From: Steroidobacteraceae bacterium
GTDB lineage: Bacteria; Pseudomonadota; Gammaproteobacteria; Steroidobacterales; Steroidobacteraceae
Reading direction: 5' to 3'
Assembly: GCA_035691185.1 (NCBI GenBank)
Contig: DASSJN010000039.1
Location: 1 to 60,396 of the forward strand
Length of the DNA stretch: 60,396 nucleotides
Below the pieces are notes generated by a model. That model saw only the letters and a list, made by a program, of their open reading frames with translations. It searched no databases and was not told where the DNA came from. Within the stretch, counting starts at the first letter, position 1, and every line of letters begins with the position of its first letter. Below are positions 29,291 through 37,814 of this stretch, piece by piece. Both the position numbers and the translations under genes were made by a program.

Positions 29291-30481
29291 TTACTCCCCA
29301 GCGCGATATTTCGCGCCGACCCGCTTGTATGCCTCGCGAAACGGGATGCCTTCGCTGGCGACGAGGGCGTTGGCCTCGGCCGCAGCATGGATGTCGGCGT
29401 CGAGCCGGATGCGGTCGGTCCGGAAGCGCACCTGCGGAATCGCGGCCGTCATGATGTCGAGCGACTCGAGACAGACGTCGATCGACCGGAACAGCGGCGC
29501 TTTGATGAGCTGCAGGTCCCGCTGGTAGCCCGAAGGCAGTTTCGCGGTGACGGCGAGCACCTCCACGAGGCAGGCCTGCGCCGTGGCCGTGCGTCCACGC
29601 ACCAGCTCGAACACGTCGGGGTTGCGCTTCTGCGGCATGATCGAGGAGCCGGTCGTGAAGGCGTCCGGCAGTTCCACGAAACCGAACTCGCGTGTGTAGA
29701 AGAGGAGCAGGTCGGCGGCGAGTCGACCCAGGTCCTGCATCAGCAGCGTGATCTCGAACAGCACCTCCGCCTCGGCTTTGCCGCGCGACAGCTGTACGGC
29801 CGTCACTGGATCGTGATTCGTGGGAAAGTCGAGGCGCCTGCGTGTCCCCTCCCGGTCGATGGGCAGGTTGGGCGTGCCGTAACCGGCCGCCGAGCCGAGC
29901 GGATTCCTCGAAATCCGGCGATGGGCCTGACGCAGGCCCTCGACGTCGTCGTTCAGCTCGGCCGCGAAACCCCCGGCCCACAGCGCGACCGAACTGGGCA
30001 TCGCCTGCTGCATGTGCGTGTAGCCGGGCAGCGCGACCATGCCCTGGTCGGTTGCCAGCGTTTCGAGCGCCCCGACGACCGCGCGCGCGTTGGCGGCGAT
30101 GGCTTCGATCGCGTCGCGCAGGTAGAGGCGCAGCGCGACGAGCACCTGGTCGTTGCGCGACCGGCCGGCGTGGAGACGCGCCCCGGCTTCGCCGATCCGG
30201 CGAGTGAGCAGCGTCTCGAGCGCGGTCTGGCCATCTTCGAGGTCGAGGGTGATCGACCAATCGCCGCGCGCGTGCGCCGCGGCGATTTCGGTGAGGCCTC
30301 CCCGGATCGCGTCGAGTTCCTCGAACGAGAGCAGGCCGCAGTCGTGCAGCATCTCGGCGTGCGCGATCGAAGCGCGCACGTCGTACGGCACGAGCCGGTT
30401 GTCTAGCGCGTGGTCCTCGCCCGCCGTGAAGCGCAGTACGCGCTCGTCGAGCGGTGCGCCTTTGTCCCAGAGTCGGGTCAT
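29291..30481 (-). CDS. argH: Argininosuccinate lyase (short form, 396 aa)
   Basis: RLHAGRSRNDQV, GYTHMQQAMP and the signature GSSIMPQKRNPD. It ends shortly after FREAY, so the usual C-terminal roughly 50-60 aa are absent. Confidence 0.9.
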   Translation of the reverse strand: MTRLWDKGAPLDERVLRFTAGEDHALDNRLVPYDVRASIAHAEMLHDCGLLSFEELDAIRGGLTEIAAAHARGDWSITLDLEDGQTALETLLTRRIGEAGARLHAGRSRNDQVLVALRLYLRDAIEAIAANARAVVGALETLATDQGMVALPGYTHMQQAMPSSVALWAGGFAAELNDDVEGLRQAHRRISRNPLGSAAGYGTPNLPIDREGTRRRLDFPTNHDPVTAVQLSRGKAEAEVLFEITLLMQDLGRLAADLLLFYTREFGFVELPDAFTTGSSIMPQKRNPDVFELVRGRTATAQACLVEVLAVTAKLPSGYQRDLQLIKAPLFRSIDVCLESLDIMTAAIPQVRFRTDRIRLDADIHAAAEANALVASEGIPFREAYKRVGAKYRAGE

Positions 30482-30493
30482 GCAGATCTCCGA

Positions 30494-30610
30494 GTGGCTA
30501 GCGGATTGTGTCTAGTGTTCAGTGTCCAGCGGTCAGTAGGAAGGCGGCTTCGCCGCCGCGCCGACGCAGGCGGGCTCCGACTGACCACTGGACACTGGAC
30601 ACTGGACACT
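30494..30610. repeat. Heptamer-armed palindromic intergenic element, copy 5 (fills the argB-argH spacer)
   Basis: GTGGCTAGCGGATTGTGTCTAGTGTTCAGTGTCCAGCGGTCAGTAGGAAGG ... GCTCCGACTGACCACTGGACACTGGACACTGGACACT. Confidence 0.9.
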
Positions 30611-30611
30611 C

Positions 30612-31538
30612 CTACTTCCCCTGTTCCGCCGCCGTCAGCGCCTTCGTGTCGGCCACGACCAGCGTGCCCTTGCCTTCGTTGGTGAAGATCTCCGCGAGCA
30701 GGGCGTCGGTCTCGGCGTACGAGATCACGTGCACGCGACGTACGCCGCCGCGAATCGCCGCTTCGATCGCACTCGACTTGGGCAGCATGCCGTCGCTGAT
30801 AGCGCCTTCCTCGCGCAGCCGCCGCAACCCGGCCAGGTCGGTGTACGAAATCAGCGACTGCGGGTCGTCGAGGCGCTCGAGGATGCCGGGCGCGCCCGTG
30901 CAGAGGATCAGCTTTTCGGCGACGAGCGCGCCGCCGATTGCGGCCGCGACCGTGTCTGCGTTGACGTTGAGCAGCTGCCCGGCGGCGTCGCAGGAGAGCG
31001 GGCTGATCACCGGCAGGAAACCCGCGTCGAGCAGCCGCGTGATCACCGAGCCGTCGATCGCGTCGATGTCGCCGACCATGCCGTAGTCGACGACTTCGCC
31101 GTTCGCGAGCGTGACCGGCGCGCGACGGTGAGCCTGCACGAGGCCGCCGTCGACGCCGCTCAGGCCGACCGCGGCGATGCCGAAACTGCGGCACAGCGCG
31201 AGCAGTTGCGTGTTGATCAGGCCGTTCAGGACCATGCTGGTCGCGTCGATCGCGGCCGCCGTCGTGACGCGACGGCCCTGCACCATGCGCGTCTCCACGC
31301 CGAGCCTGGCGGTCACGTCGTCGAGTTGCGGGCCGCCGCCGTGTACGAGCACGCAGCGGATGCCAAGGTGGTGCAGGATCGCGACCTGCTCGACGAACGC
31401 GCGCATGGTCGCGGCGTCGCGGAAAGCCCCGCCGCCGGTCTTGATCACGAAGACCTTGCCCTTGTACATGTGGATGTACGGAGCAGCGCCCCGCAGTGCC
31501 CGCACCGTGACGGCCTGTTCTCCCTTGTGTCCGATCAT
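30612..31538 (-). CDS. argB: Acetylglutamate kinase (kinase-only, 308 aa)
   Basis: VFVIKTGGGA, LVHGGGPQ and NVNADTVAAAIGGAL. There is no fused GNAT/NAGS domain. Confidence 0.9.
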   Translation of the reverse strand: MIGHKGEQAVTVRALRGAAPYIHMYKGKVFVIKTGGGAFRDAATMRAFVEQVAILHHLGIRCVLVHGGGPQLDDVTARLGVETRMVQGRRVTTAAAIDATSMVLNGLINTQLLALCRSFGIAAVGLSGVDGGLVQAHRRAPVTLANGEVVDYGMVGDIDAIDGSVITRLLDAGFLPVISPLSCDAAGQLLNVNADTVAAAIGGALVAEKLILCTGAPGILERLDDPQSLISYTDLAGLRRLREEGAISDGMLPKSSAIEAAIRGGVRRVHVISYAETDALLAEIFTNEGKGTLVVADTKALTAAEQGK

Positions 31539-31543
31539 CGTGT

Positions 31544-32542
31544 TCACCCCTTGAGCAGTCGATAGAGCACGGCCATCTGCACGACCATGCGATTGGCCGC
31601 CTCTGCGATCACGCGGCTGCGCGGCCCGTCCAGAACCTCGTCGGCGACAGCGACGTTGCGGCGTACCGGCAGGCAATGCATGAAGTGGCAACCGGGGCGC
31701 GCGCGTGCGAACCAGTCCTCGCGCACGCACCAGTCGACCAGAGGCTGTCGCACGCGCGCCTCGGCCTCCGCGTCGCCGTAGTGCAGCGGCGAGCCCCACT
31801 CCTTGGCATAGACGACGTGCGCACCGGACAGCGCGGCCGTGCGATCGCTCGTCTCGGTCAGCGCGCCGCCCGAGGCGGCCGCGGCCGCGCGCGCCTTCTG
31901 CATGATGGCCTCCGGCAAGGCATAGCCGTCGGGGCGCAGCACGACGACGTCCATGCCGCGGTGCGCGGCCATGTGCACCGTGGCGGCGGGCACCGCGAGG
32001 GGCAGTGCTCGCGGGTGATGGACCCAGCTCAGCACGAACTTGCCCGTCCGCGGCACGCCCAGGTCGTCCATGGTCTTCCAGTCGGCCAGGGCCTGGCACG
32101 GGTGGTTGACCGCCGATTCCAGGTTGACGAGCGGCCTGTCGCACAGCGCGGCCATTTGCAGGAACTGCTTTTCGGCGAGGTCGGCCGCGAGGTCCCTGCC
32201 TTCGGCGAACGAGCGGATGCCGAGCGCGTCGCAGTAGGAGGCCAGCACCGGGATCGCCTCGCGCACGTGCTCCGCGGCCGCGCCGTTCATGACGGCGCCG
32301 TCACGCGTCTCGACGTTCCAGGTGCCGGAACCGGGCGTGACGACGAACGCGCTGCCGCCGAGCCGCATCATGCCGGCCTGGAATGAGGACAGCGTGCGCA
32401 GCGAGGGGTTCAGGAACAGCAGCCCGAGGATCCTGCCCGCGAGCGCCTGCGGCTCGGGGCGCTCCTTGAGCCGCTGCGCGAGCGCGAGCAGGTCGACGAT
32501 GTCGTCGCGTGGGAAGTCGGCGAGGTCGAGGAAGCGGCGCAT
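31544..32542 (-). CDS. argF': N-acyl-L-ornithine carbamoyltransferase (AOTCase-like ArgF')
   Basis: FLNPSLRTLSSFQ replaces the OTCase STRTR motif. TWNVETRDGAVMNG..EH, NHPCQ and HCLPVRRNV parallel the Xanthomonas N-acetylornithine transcarbamylase (comparison from memory). Confidence 0.8.
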   Translation of the reverse strand: MRRFLDLADFPRDDIVDLLALAQRLKERPEPQALAGRILGLLFLNPSLRTLSSFQAGMMRLGGSAFVVTPGSGTWNVETRDGAVMNGAAAEHVREAIPVLASYCDALGIRSFAEGRDLAADLAEKQFLQMAALCDRPLVNLESAVNHPCQALADWKTMDDLGVPRTGKFVLSWVHHPRALPLAVPAATVHMAAHRGMDVVVLRPDGYALPEAIMQKARAAAAASGGALTETSDRTAALSGAHVVYAKEWGSPLHYGDAEAEARVRQPLVDWCVREDWFARARPGCHFMHCLPVRRNVAVADEVLDGPRSRVIAEAANRMVVQMAVLYRLLKG

Positions 32543-32554
32543 CGGCAGGAACCA

Positions 32555-32601
32555 GGGGATAGGGGATAGGGGATAGGAGTTAGCGGAATTCGCTTCGGGC
32601 G
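32555..32601. repeat. (GGGGATA)3 heptamer element, solo arm
   Basis: GGGGATAGGGGATAGGGGATAGGAGTTAGCGGAATTCGCTTCGGGCGGC lies between the argD stop and the argF' start. No inverted partner is present. Confidence 0.8.
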
Positions 32602-32602
32602 G

Positions 32603-33760
32603 CTAGGCCGGAAGGGAGGCGAGAGCGGCGCGCAGCGACTCGACGTGATCGGCCTCCAGCACGAACGGCGCGAGGACGCGCACGACGTTAGGATCCGCAC
32701 TGGTGCCGGTCAGGATGTCGTGCTGCTCGAGCAGTTCACGCTGCACGTCCCTGGCGGGTCGGCGCGTGCGCAGCCCGAGCAGGAACCCGGCGCCCTGGGT
32801 GCCGACGACGGGCCCGACGACGCACGTCCCGCGGATCTGCTGCGAGAGCCTGCGCACGTTGGCGAGCAGGCCTTCCGTCTCGATGACGTCCACCACCGTC
32901 TCGATCATCGCGCAGGCCATCGGGCCGCCGCCGAACGTCGTGCCCAGGTCGTCGGTCCTCAGGTGCTGCGCGACGTGGTTGGCCATCAGCAGCGCGGCGC
33001 ACGGGAAGCCTGCGCCGAGCGCCTTCGCGGTCGTGAGCATGTCCGGTGCGACGCCGTGCATGGTCGCGGCGAACGGATAACCGGTGCGACCCATGCCGCA
33101 CTGGACCTCGTCGAAGATCAGCAGCGTCCGGGCGTCGCTGCAGCGCGAGCGCAGCGCGCCGAGGAATTCGGCGCCGAGGTCCACGGCCCCGCCGACGCCC
33201 TGCACCGGCTCGACGATCGCGGCGGCCGTGTCGCTCCCGACCGCGCGCTCGACGGCATCGATGTCGTCGCGCGCGATGAACTCGACGTCGAAGGGCGCCT
33301 GCGGGAAACCGTACCACTTCCTCATGGCGCCCCAGGTCACGGCGCCCGCCGCCGCGGTGCGGCCGTGGAAGCTGCCTTCGACCGCGACGACCTTGCGTCG
33401 ACCGGTGATCCTCAGCGCGAGCTTGAGCGCATTCTCGTTCGCCTCGGCACCGGTGCTGATGAAGAACGCCGTGTTGAGCCCGAGACCCGCGAACCGCGTC
33501 AATCGCGTCGCGGCGCGTGCACGCACGTCGAGCGGCACGGCATTGCTCTGGAAAATCAGCGAGCGCGCCTGCTCCCCGAGCGCGGCGAGCAGCCGCGGAT
33601 GCGAATAGCCCAGCGCCGCGACGGCGTGACCGCCGTAGAGGTCGAGCACCTTGCGCCCGTCGCGTGTGTGCAGGTAGACGCCCTCGCCGCCGACGACGTC
33701 GAGGGCCCACTGGGCATAGACCGGGGCGAGGTGGTCGGGGGGAGGAGTCCAGGCAACCAT
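32603..33760 (-). CDS. argD: Acetylornithine aminotransferase (class-III PLP aminotransferase)
   Basis: 385 aa. SGAEANENALKLA, LIFDEVQCGMGRTG and TTAKALGAGFP (PLP Lys). Confidence 0.85.
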   Translation of the reverse strand: MVAWTPPPDHLAPVYAQWALDVVGGEGVYLHTRDGRKVLDLYGGHAVAALGYSHPRLLAALGEQARSLIFQSNAVPLDVRARAATRLTRFAGLGLNTAFFISTGAEANENALKLALRITGRRKVVAVEGSFHGRTAAAGAVTWGAMRKWYGFPQAPFDVEFIARDDIDAVERAVGSDTAAAIVEPVQGVGGAVDLGAEFLGALRSRCSDARTLLIFDEVQCGMGRTGYPFAATMHGVAPDMLTTAKALGAGFPCAALLMANHVAQHLRTDDLGTTFGGGPMACAMIETVVDVIETEGLLANVRRLSQQIRGTCVVGPVVGTQGAGFLLGLRTRRPARDVQRELLEQHDILTGTSADPNVVRVLAPFVLEADHVESLRAALASLPA

Positions 33761-33881
33761 GGGGATAGGGGATAGGGGATAGTGGATGGTGACGGCGCGT
33801 GCTGAAAGTGAGTCTGTCGTGAAAGCGGAGATAATCGAGGAGAAGGCGCGAAGTGCTCCTATCCCCTATTCCCTATCCCCT
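33761..33881. repeat. (GGGGATA)3 heptamer-armed palindromic element, full copy
   Basis: Left arm GGGGATAGGGGATAGGGGATAGTGGATGG, a roughly 67-nt core, and right arm CTCCTATCCCCTATTCCCTATCCCC. It abuts the argD ATG and lies 7 nt from the argC stop. Confidence 0.85.
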
Positions 33882-33887
33882 TCCTCC

Positions 33888-34949
33888 TCAGGTCCAGCCC
33901 GGCGCGGAGGCCATCAGGCCCGCCGTCTCCTCGTGGCCGAACATGCGGTTCATCCACTGCACGGCGCCGCCGGCGGCACCCTTGGTCAGGTTGTCGATGA
34001 CGCACATCACCGCGATCGACCGGCCGTTGCTGACGCCCGAGAGCTCCGCGAAGTTGCTCGCGACGACGTCCTTGAGCCGCGGCATCTCCCCGCTCACCCG
34101 CACGAACGGCGACTGTTCGTAGAACTCACGCAGCGCGTGGACCAGCTCGTGGCTGTTCACGCTTTCCTGCGCGACTGCCTGCACCGTCACGTGGATCCCG
34201 CGTGCGAACGGACCCGAGTGCGGCACGAAGTTGAATTCCGCGGCGACGTCCGACGCGGCCTGGGCCAGTGCGGCGACTTCCGGAGTGTGCCGGTGCGCGA
34301 GGGCGTTGTAAGAATAGAGATCGCTGTGCCGTTGCGGGTGATGGGTGCCTGCGGTGGGACTGCGGCCCGAGCCCGTGCTGCCCGTCACGCCCGAGACGAA
34401 CAGGCGCGGCTCGACGAGACCGAGCGACAGCAGCGGCACGCTCGCGAGCAGCACCGCCGTGGCGAAGCATCCCGGGTGCGCGACGTGCGGCGTCGACAAC
34501 GCGTTCAGGTGCTCGGGCACGGCGCACGTGAACTCGCCGATCCGGGACGGCGCGCCGTGCTCGTGCTTGTAGACGGCCTCGTAGGCTTCCGCGCTCGAAT
34601 AGCGGAAGTCGGCCGAGATGTCGACCACGCGCGGCTGCGTGCCGGCCTGCTCGCCGGCGACGAGCAGGCGATCGATCAGCGCCGCGGACACGCCGTGCGG
34701 CGCGGCGGAAAACACTGCCGTGGTCGGGTTGGCCGCGACGTATTCGAGCACTTCGTCGTGGTCCGCGAACCGCAGGTGCGGCAGCACCGGCTGCAGGTGC
34801 CTGAAGAACTGGGCGATCGGTTCGTCGGGCTGGCTGTCCGAGGCCACCGCGGCCAGGTCGAAATAGGGGTGTGCGGCGAGCAGTCGCAGCAGTTCACCTG
34901 CGACGTAGCCGGTGCCACCGAGAACGATGGCCGGCGTGCGGGCGTTCAC
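33888..34949 (-). CDS. argC: N-acetyl-gamma-glutamyl-phosphate reductase
   Basis: 353 aa. GGTGYVAGELLRLL and the active-site region AHPGCFATA. The GTG start overlaps the upstream stop (GTGA). Confidence 0.85.
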   Translation of the reverse strand: MNARTPAIVLGGTGYVAGELLRLLAAHPYFDLAAVASDSQPDEPIAQFFRHLQPVLPHLRFADHDEVLEYVAANPTTAVFSAAPHGVSAALIDRLLVAGEQAGTQPRVVDISADFRYSSAEAYEAVYKHEHGAPSRIGEFTCAVPEHLNALSTPHVAHPGCFATAVLLASVPLLSLGLVEPRLFVSGVTGSTGSGRSPTAGTHHPQRHSDLYSYNALAHRHTPEVAALAQAASDVAAEFNFVPHSGPFARGIHVTVQAVAQESVNSHELVHALREFYEQSPFVRVSGEMPRLKDVVASNFAELSGVSNGRSIAVMCVIDNLTKGAAGGAVQWMNRMFGHEETAGLMASAPGWT

Positions 34950-36034
34950 TGGTTCACCGCCGTGGCCGGCTGGGCGGACGCGATGCCGAGCGAATCGATG
35001 ATGTGGTCGCCGAGCGCGGCGCCCGAGGTCATCGCGTTGATCGCGCGCACGTTCATCTGCCGCTCGATGATGTCCACCCCGACCGCGTTGTCCGTCGACG
35101 GACCGGTCACCGCGCACGGCTCGATGCCGAAGCGTTCGCGCAACAGCTTGACGCCTCCCCAGGCCGCCACCGGGTCGTTGGCGGACAGGATCACGGCGCT
35201 GAGCGATCGGGCGATGTCGGGTGCGGAGAGGATCGCCTCGACGCCGTACGCGCCGAGGATGCCGTCGCCGAGTTCGAATACGACGACGTCCGGACGGCCC
35301 TGCGTCATTTCGGTCAGCATCGTCCGGGTGAGCGCGGGGCCCGATGTCGCCGTCGTCGTCACGATGCCGAAATCCGTGAAGATCTGGCTGCGGCGCGCAC
35401 CGGCATCCTCCATCGCGAGGATGTCGCGACGCAACGAGACACCCGTGGCCTTGAACGCGTGCACCGAGAGCCCGCGATGGCGCATGCGGGCGACGATCGC
35501 GCACGCGGCGGCCGTCTTGCCCGCCTCCATGCAGGTGCCCGCCAGCGCGACGACGGGCACGGCGTGCGTGTCGAGCGCCGACGCGGGATCGAGCTGCTTG
35601 TAACCGACGCGGGCCGGTACGCCGATCCGTTCGCCGAGGAACGGGAACTGCAGCACGCAGCCGAGCACTCGCGCGTCGAACGGCTTGCCCTTGTCCGGGT
35701 TGACCGAATCGCAGATCCCGAGCACGCCGCCGATGTTGAGCACCTGGAGGATGTCGCCGGCCTGCACCGTCTCCGGGATGTGGCCCGAGTAGCCGAACAG
35801 CGCCTGGCGATGACCCAGGGCGCCGACGACGACGTCGCCGCGCGAGACCTTGGCCATGCGTCCACTCGTGAGTTCGAGCGTGTTGTAGGTCGACTTGTTG
35901 TTGAGCACCTCGACGACCAGCACGACGCCTTCCTCGCAGGGAATGTCGGTGGTGGCGATGCGCAGCTCGCGCCCGAGCCCGCAGGCCTGCGCGATCGAAG
36001 CGATCTTGTCGACGACGACGGTCTTCTGTTGCAT
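34946..36034 (-). CDS. Uncharacterised protein with N-terminal beta-rich domain and BioD/CobQ/DUF1611-like GTxxxxGKT P-loop domain
   Basis: 362-aa ORF with high GC3 and AGGGGA 8 nt upstream of the ATG. Motif VVALAGTCMEAGKTAAACAIV. Lies between argG and argC, and its stop overlaps the argC start. Confidence 0.7.
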   Translation of the reverse strand: MQQKTVVVDKIASIAQACGLGRELRIATTDIPCEEGVVLVVEVLNNKSTYNTLELTSGRMAKVSRGDVVVGALGHRQALFGYSGHIPETVQAGDILQVLNIGGVLGICDSVNPDKGKPFDARVLGCVLQFPFLGERIGVPARVGYKQLDPASALDTHAVPVVALAGTCMEAGKTAAACAIVARMRHRGLSVHAFKATGVSLRRDILAMEDAGARRSQIFTDFGIVTTTATSGPALTRTMLTEMTQGRPDVVVFELGDGILGAYGVEAILSAPDIARSLSAVILSANDPVAAWGGVKLLRERFGIEPCAVTGPSTDNAVGVDIIERQMNVRAINAMTSGAALGDHIIDSLGIASAQPATAVNQ

Positions 36035-36070
36035 CGAATGTTCCCCTGCGACGTCCCGCGACCGGCGAGC

Positions 36071-37291
36071 TCAGTCGCGGCCGGCGCGCGTGTAGAAAAT
36101 GCCCGGCAGGGCCAGCATCTTGGAGAACCCGTGCGCGTCCTCCGGCGTCCATTCGCCGGCCGACTCGCCGTAGGCGCCCTTCGACGCCTTCATGAGCGAG
36201 TACCGCGACGACGTGCCTTCGACGAAGACCGTCCCCGGCCGGAACAGCAGGCGCACCTCGCCCGTGACGCGCTTCTGCGTCGAGACGAAGAAGGCCTCCA
36301 TGTCGCGGCAGACCGGATCGAGGTGCTGGCCTTCGTGCACGAGGTCGCCGTACGGGCCGGCGAGGACGTCCTTGGTGCGCTGCTGGCGCGCCGACAGCAC
36401 GAGCTTCTCGAGTTCGCGATGCGCGGTGAGCAGCACTTCCGCCGCCGGCGCCTCGAACGCGACGCGGCCCTTGAAGCCGATGATCGTGTCACCGAGGTGG
36501 ATGCCCCGGCCGACACCGAACTTCGCGCCGATCACCTCGACTTGTTCGATCAGCGTGACCGGGTCGAGCGTCCTGCCGTCGAGCGAGCAGGGGACCCCTG
36601 CCTCGAAGCCGACCGTGTGGCGCTCCGTCGGTTGCGGGTGGGTGAAGGCGTCGCGCGTGAGGACCCACGCCTCGTCCGGTATGCAGGTCTCGGAGACCAG
36701 CGTCTCCTTGCCTCCGATCGTGACGCCCCAGAGCCCGCGATTGACCGAGTAGGCCGCGCCGAAGGGCGGGACCGGCAGGTTGCGTGCCTCGAGGTACGCA
36801 AGCTGTTCCGGCCGCTTGAACGCCTCGTCGCGCACGGGTGCGAGGATCTCGAGTTCCGGAGCGAGCGTGCGCAGCGCGACCTCGAACCGCACCTGGTCAT
36901 TGCCCGCCGCGGTCGAGCCGTGCGCGGTGACGTCGGTGCCCAGTTCACGGGCGAACTGCGCGACCGTCTGGGCCTGCAGGACGCGCTCGGCGCCCACGCA
37001 GAGCGGGTAGAGATTCCCGCGACGAACGTTGCCCATGATCAGGTACTTGAGCACCTGCTCGAAGTAGGCGGGCCGCGCGTCGACCAGGTGATGGGCCACG
37101 GCGCCGAGCGCCTTCGACCGTTGCTCCAGGGTCGCCGCGGCATCGGCGTCGATACCGCCGGTGTTGACCGTGAGCGTGACGATGGGGCGGCCATAGGTCT
37201 CCGCGAGCCACGGGACGCAGAACGAAGTGTCGAGTCCGCCTGAAAAAGCGAGCAGGATGGGCTTCTTGTCGCCCCGGGCAGTCGTGGTCAT
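36071..37291 (-). CDS. argG: Argininosuccinate synthase
   Basis: ILLAFSGGLDTS (PP-loop), then AHGSTAAGNDQVRFE and GRGIHLGDTIIG. Confidence 0.9.
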   Translation of the reverse strand: MTTTARGDKKPILLAFSGGLDTSFCVPWLAETYGRPIVTLTVNTGGIDADAAATLEQRSKALGAVAHHLVDARPAYFEQVLKYLIMGNVRRGNLYPLCVGAERVLQAQTVAQFARELGTDVTAHGSTAAGNDQVRFEVALRTLAPELEILAPVRDEAFKRPEQLAYLEARNLPVPPFGAAYSVNRGLWGVTIGGKETLVSETCIPDEAWVLTRDAFTHPQPTERHTVGFEAGVPCSLDGRTLDPVTLIEQVEVIGAKFGVGRGIHLGDTIIGFKGRVAFEAPAAEVLLTAHRELEKLVLSARQQRTKDVLAGPYGDLVHEGQHLDPVCRDMEAFFVSTQKRVTGEVRLLFRPGTVFVEGTSSRYSLMKASKGAYGESAGEWTPEDAHGFSKMLALPGIFYTRAGRD

Positions 37292-37301
37292 CGAGGGAAT
37301 C

Positions 37302-37814
37302 TCAGCGTCCGAAGGTGGTACGGAGGTGCTCGTGCAGCCGACGCTGCGCGCGCGCGCTCTCCGTGGCGATGAAAATCGTGTCGTCGCCGGCGATGGTGCC
37401 GACGATTTCGGGCCAGCGCGCCTTGTCGAGGGCGATGGCGACGCTCTGTGCGGTGCCCGCCGACGTGCGCAGCACCGTGAGCGTGGGCCCCGCGGCGCGG
37501 TAACCCTTCACGAACGCGCGCACGGTCTCGAAGTGGCTCGGCGTGAGCGCGTCCTCGACCGCGGGCAGCAGGTAACGATCCGCGCCCTTGACGACGCCGA
37601 GTTCGCGCAGGTCCCGGCTCACGCTCGACTGCGTCGCGTCGAGCCCCTCGCGCGCGAGCAGGGCAACCAGTTCGGCCTGACGCGCGACCGCGCCGTGCCG
37701 CAGGATGCGGACGATCGCTTCGCGGCGCAGGCTCTGGGCGTTCAAGTCGGTGGCCAAGGCGACGTCGTCCGGTCCGGATGAATAAAAGACGACCAAATGT
37801 GCATAATTATGCAC
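37302..37814 (-). CDS. argR: Arginine repressor ArgR (true start probably downstream, about 37757)
   Basis: Winged-helix region RREAIVRILRHGAVARQAELVALLAREGLDATQSSVSRDLRELGVV. C-terminal oligomerisation/arginine-binding region GTIAGDDTIFI. The first GTG of the ORF lies inside the ARG-box palindrome. Confidence 0.8.
   Translation of the reverse strand: MHNYAHLVVFYSSGPDDVALATDLNAQSLRREAIVRILRHGAVARQAELVALLAREGLDATQSSVSRDLRELGVVKGADRYLLPAVEDALTPSHFETVRAFVKGYRAAGPTLTVLRTSAGTAQSVAIALDKARWPEIVGTIAGDDTIFIATESARAQRRLHEHLRTTFGR

Noticed and set aside
30508-31086. Similar peptides (…SVQC…RRRR.PT[ND][RH]WTL[ND]TGH…) appear in track ORFs that cross the palindromic elements, suggesting a repeated small protein.
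   Set aside because: The similarity is a direct consequence of nucleotide-level repeat conservation. The ORFs run into antisense frames of real genes, and both orientations of the element occur. There is no independent coding evidence.
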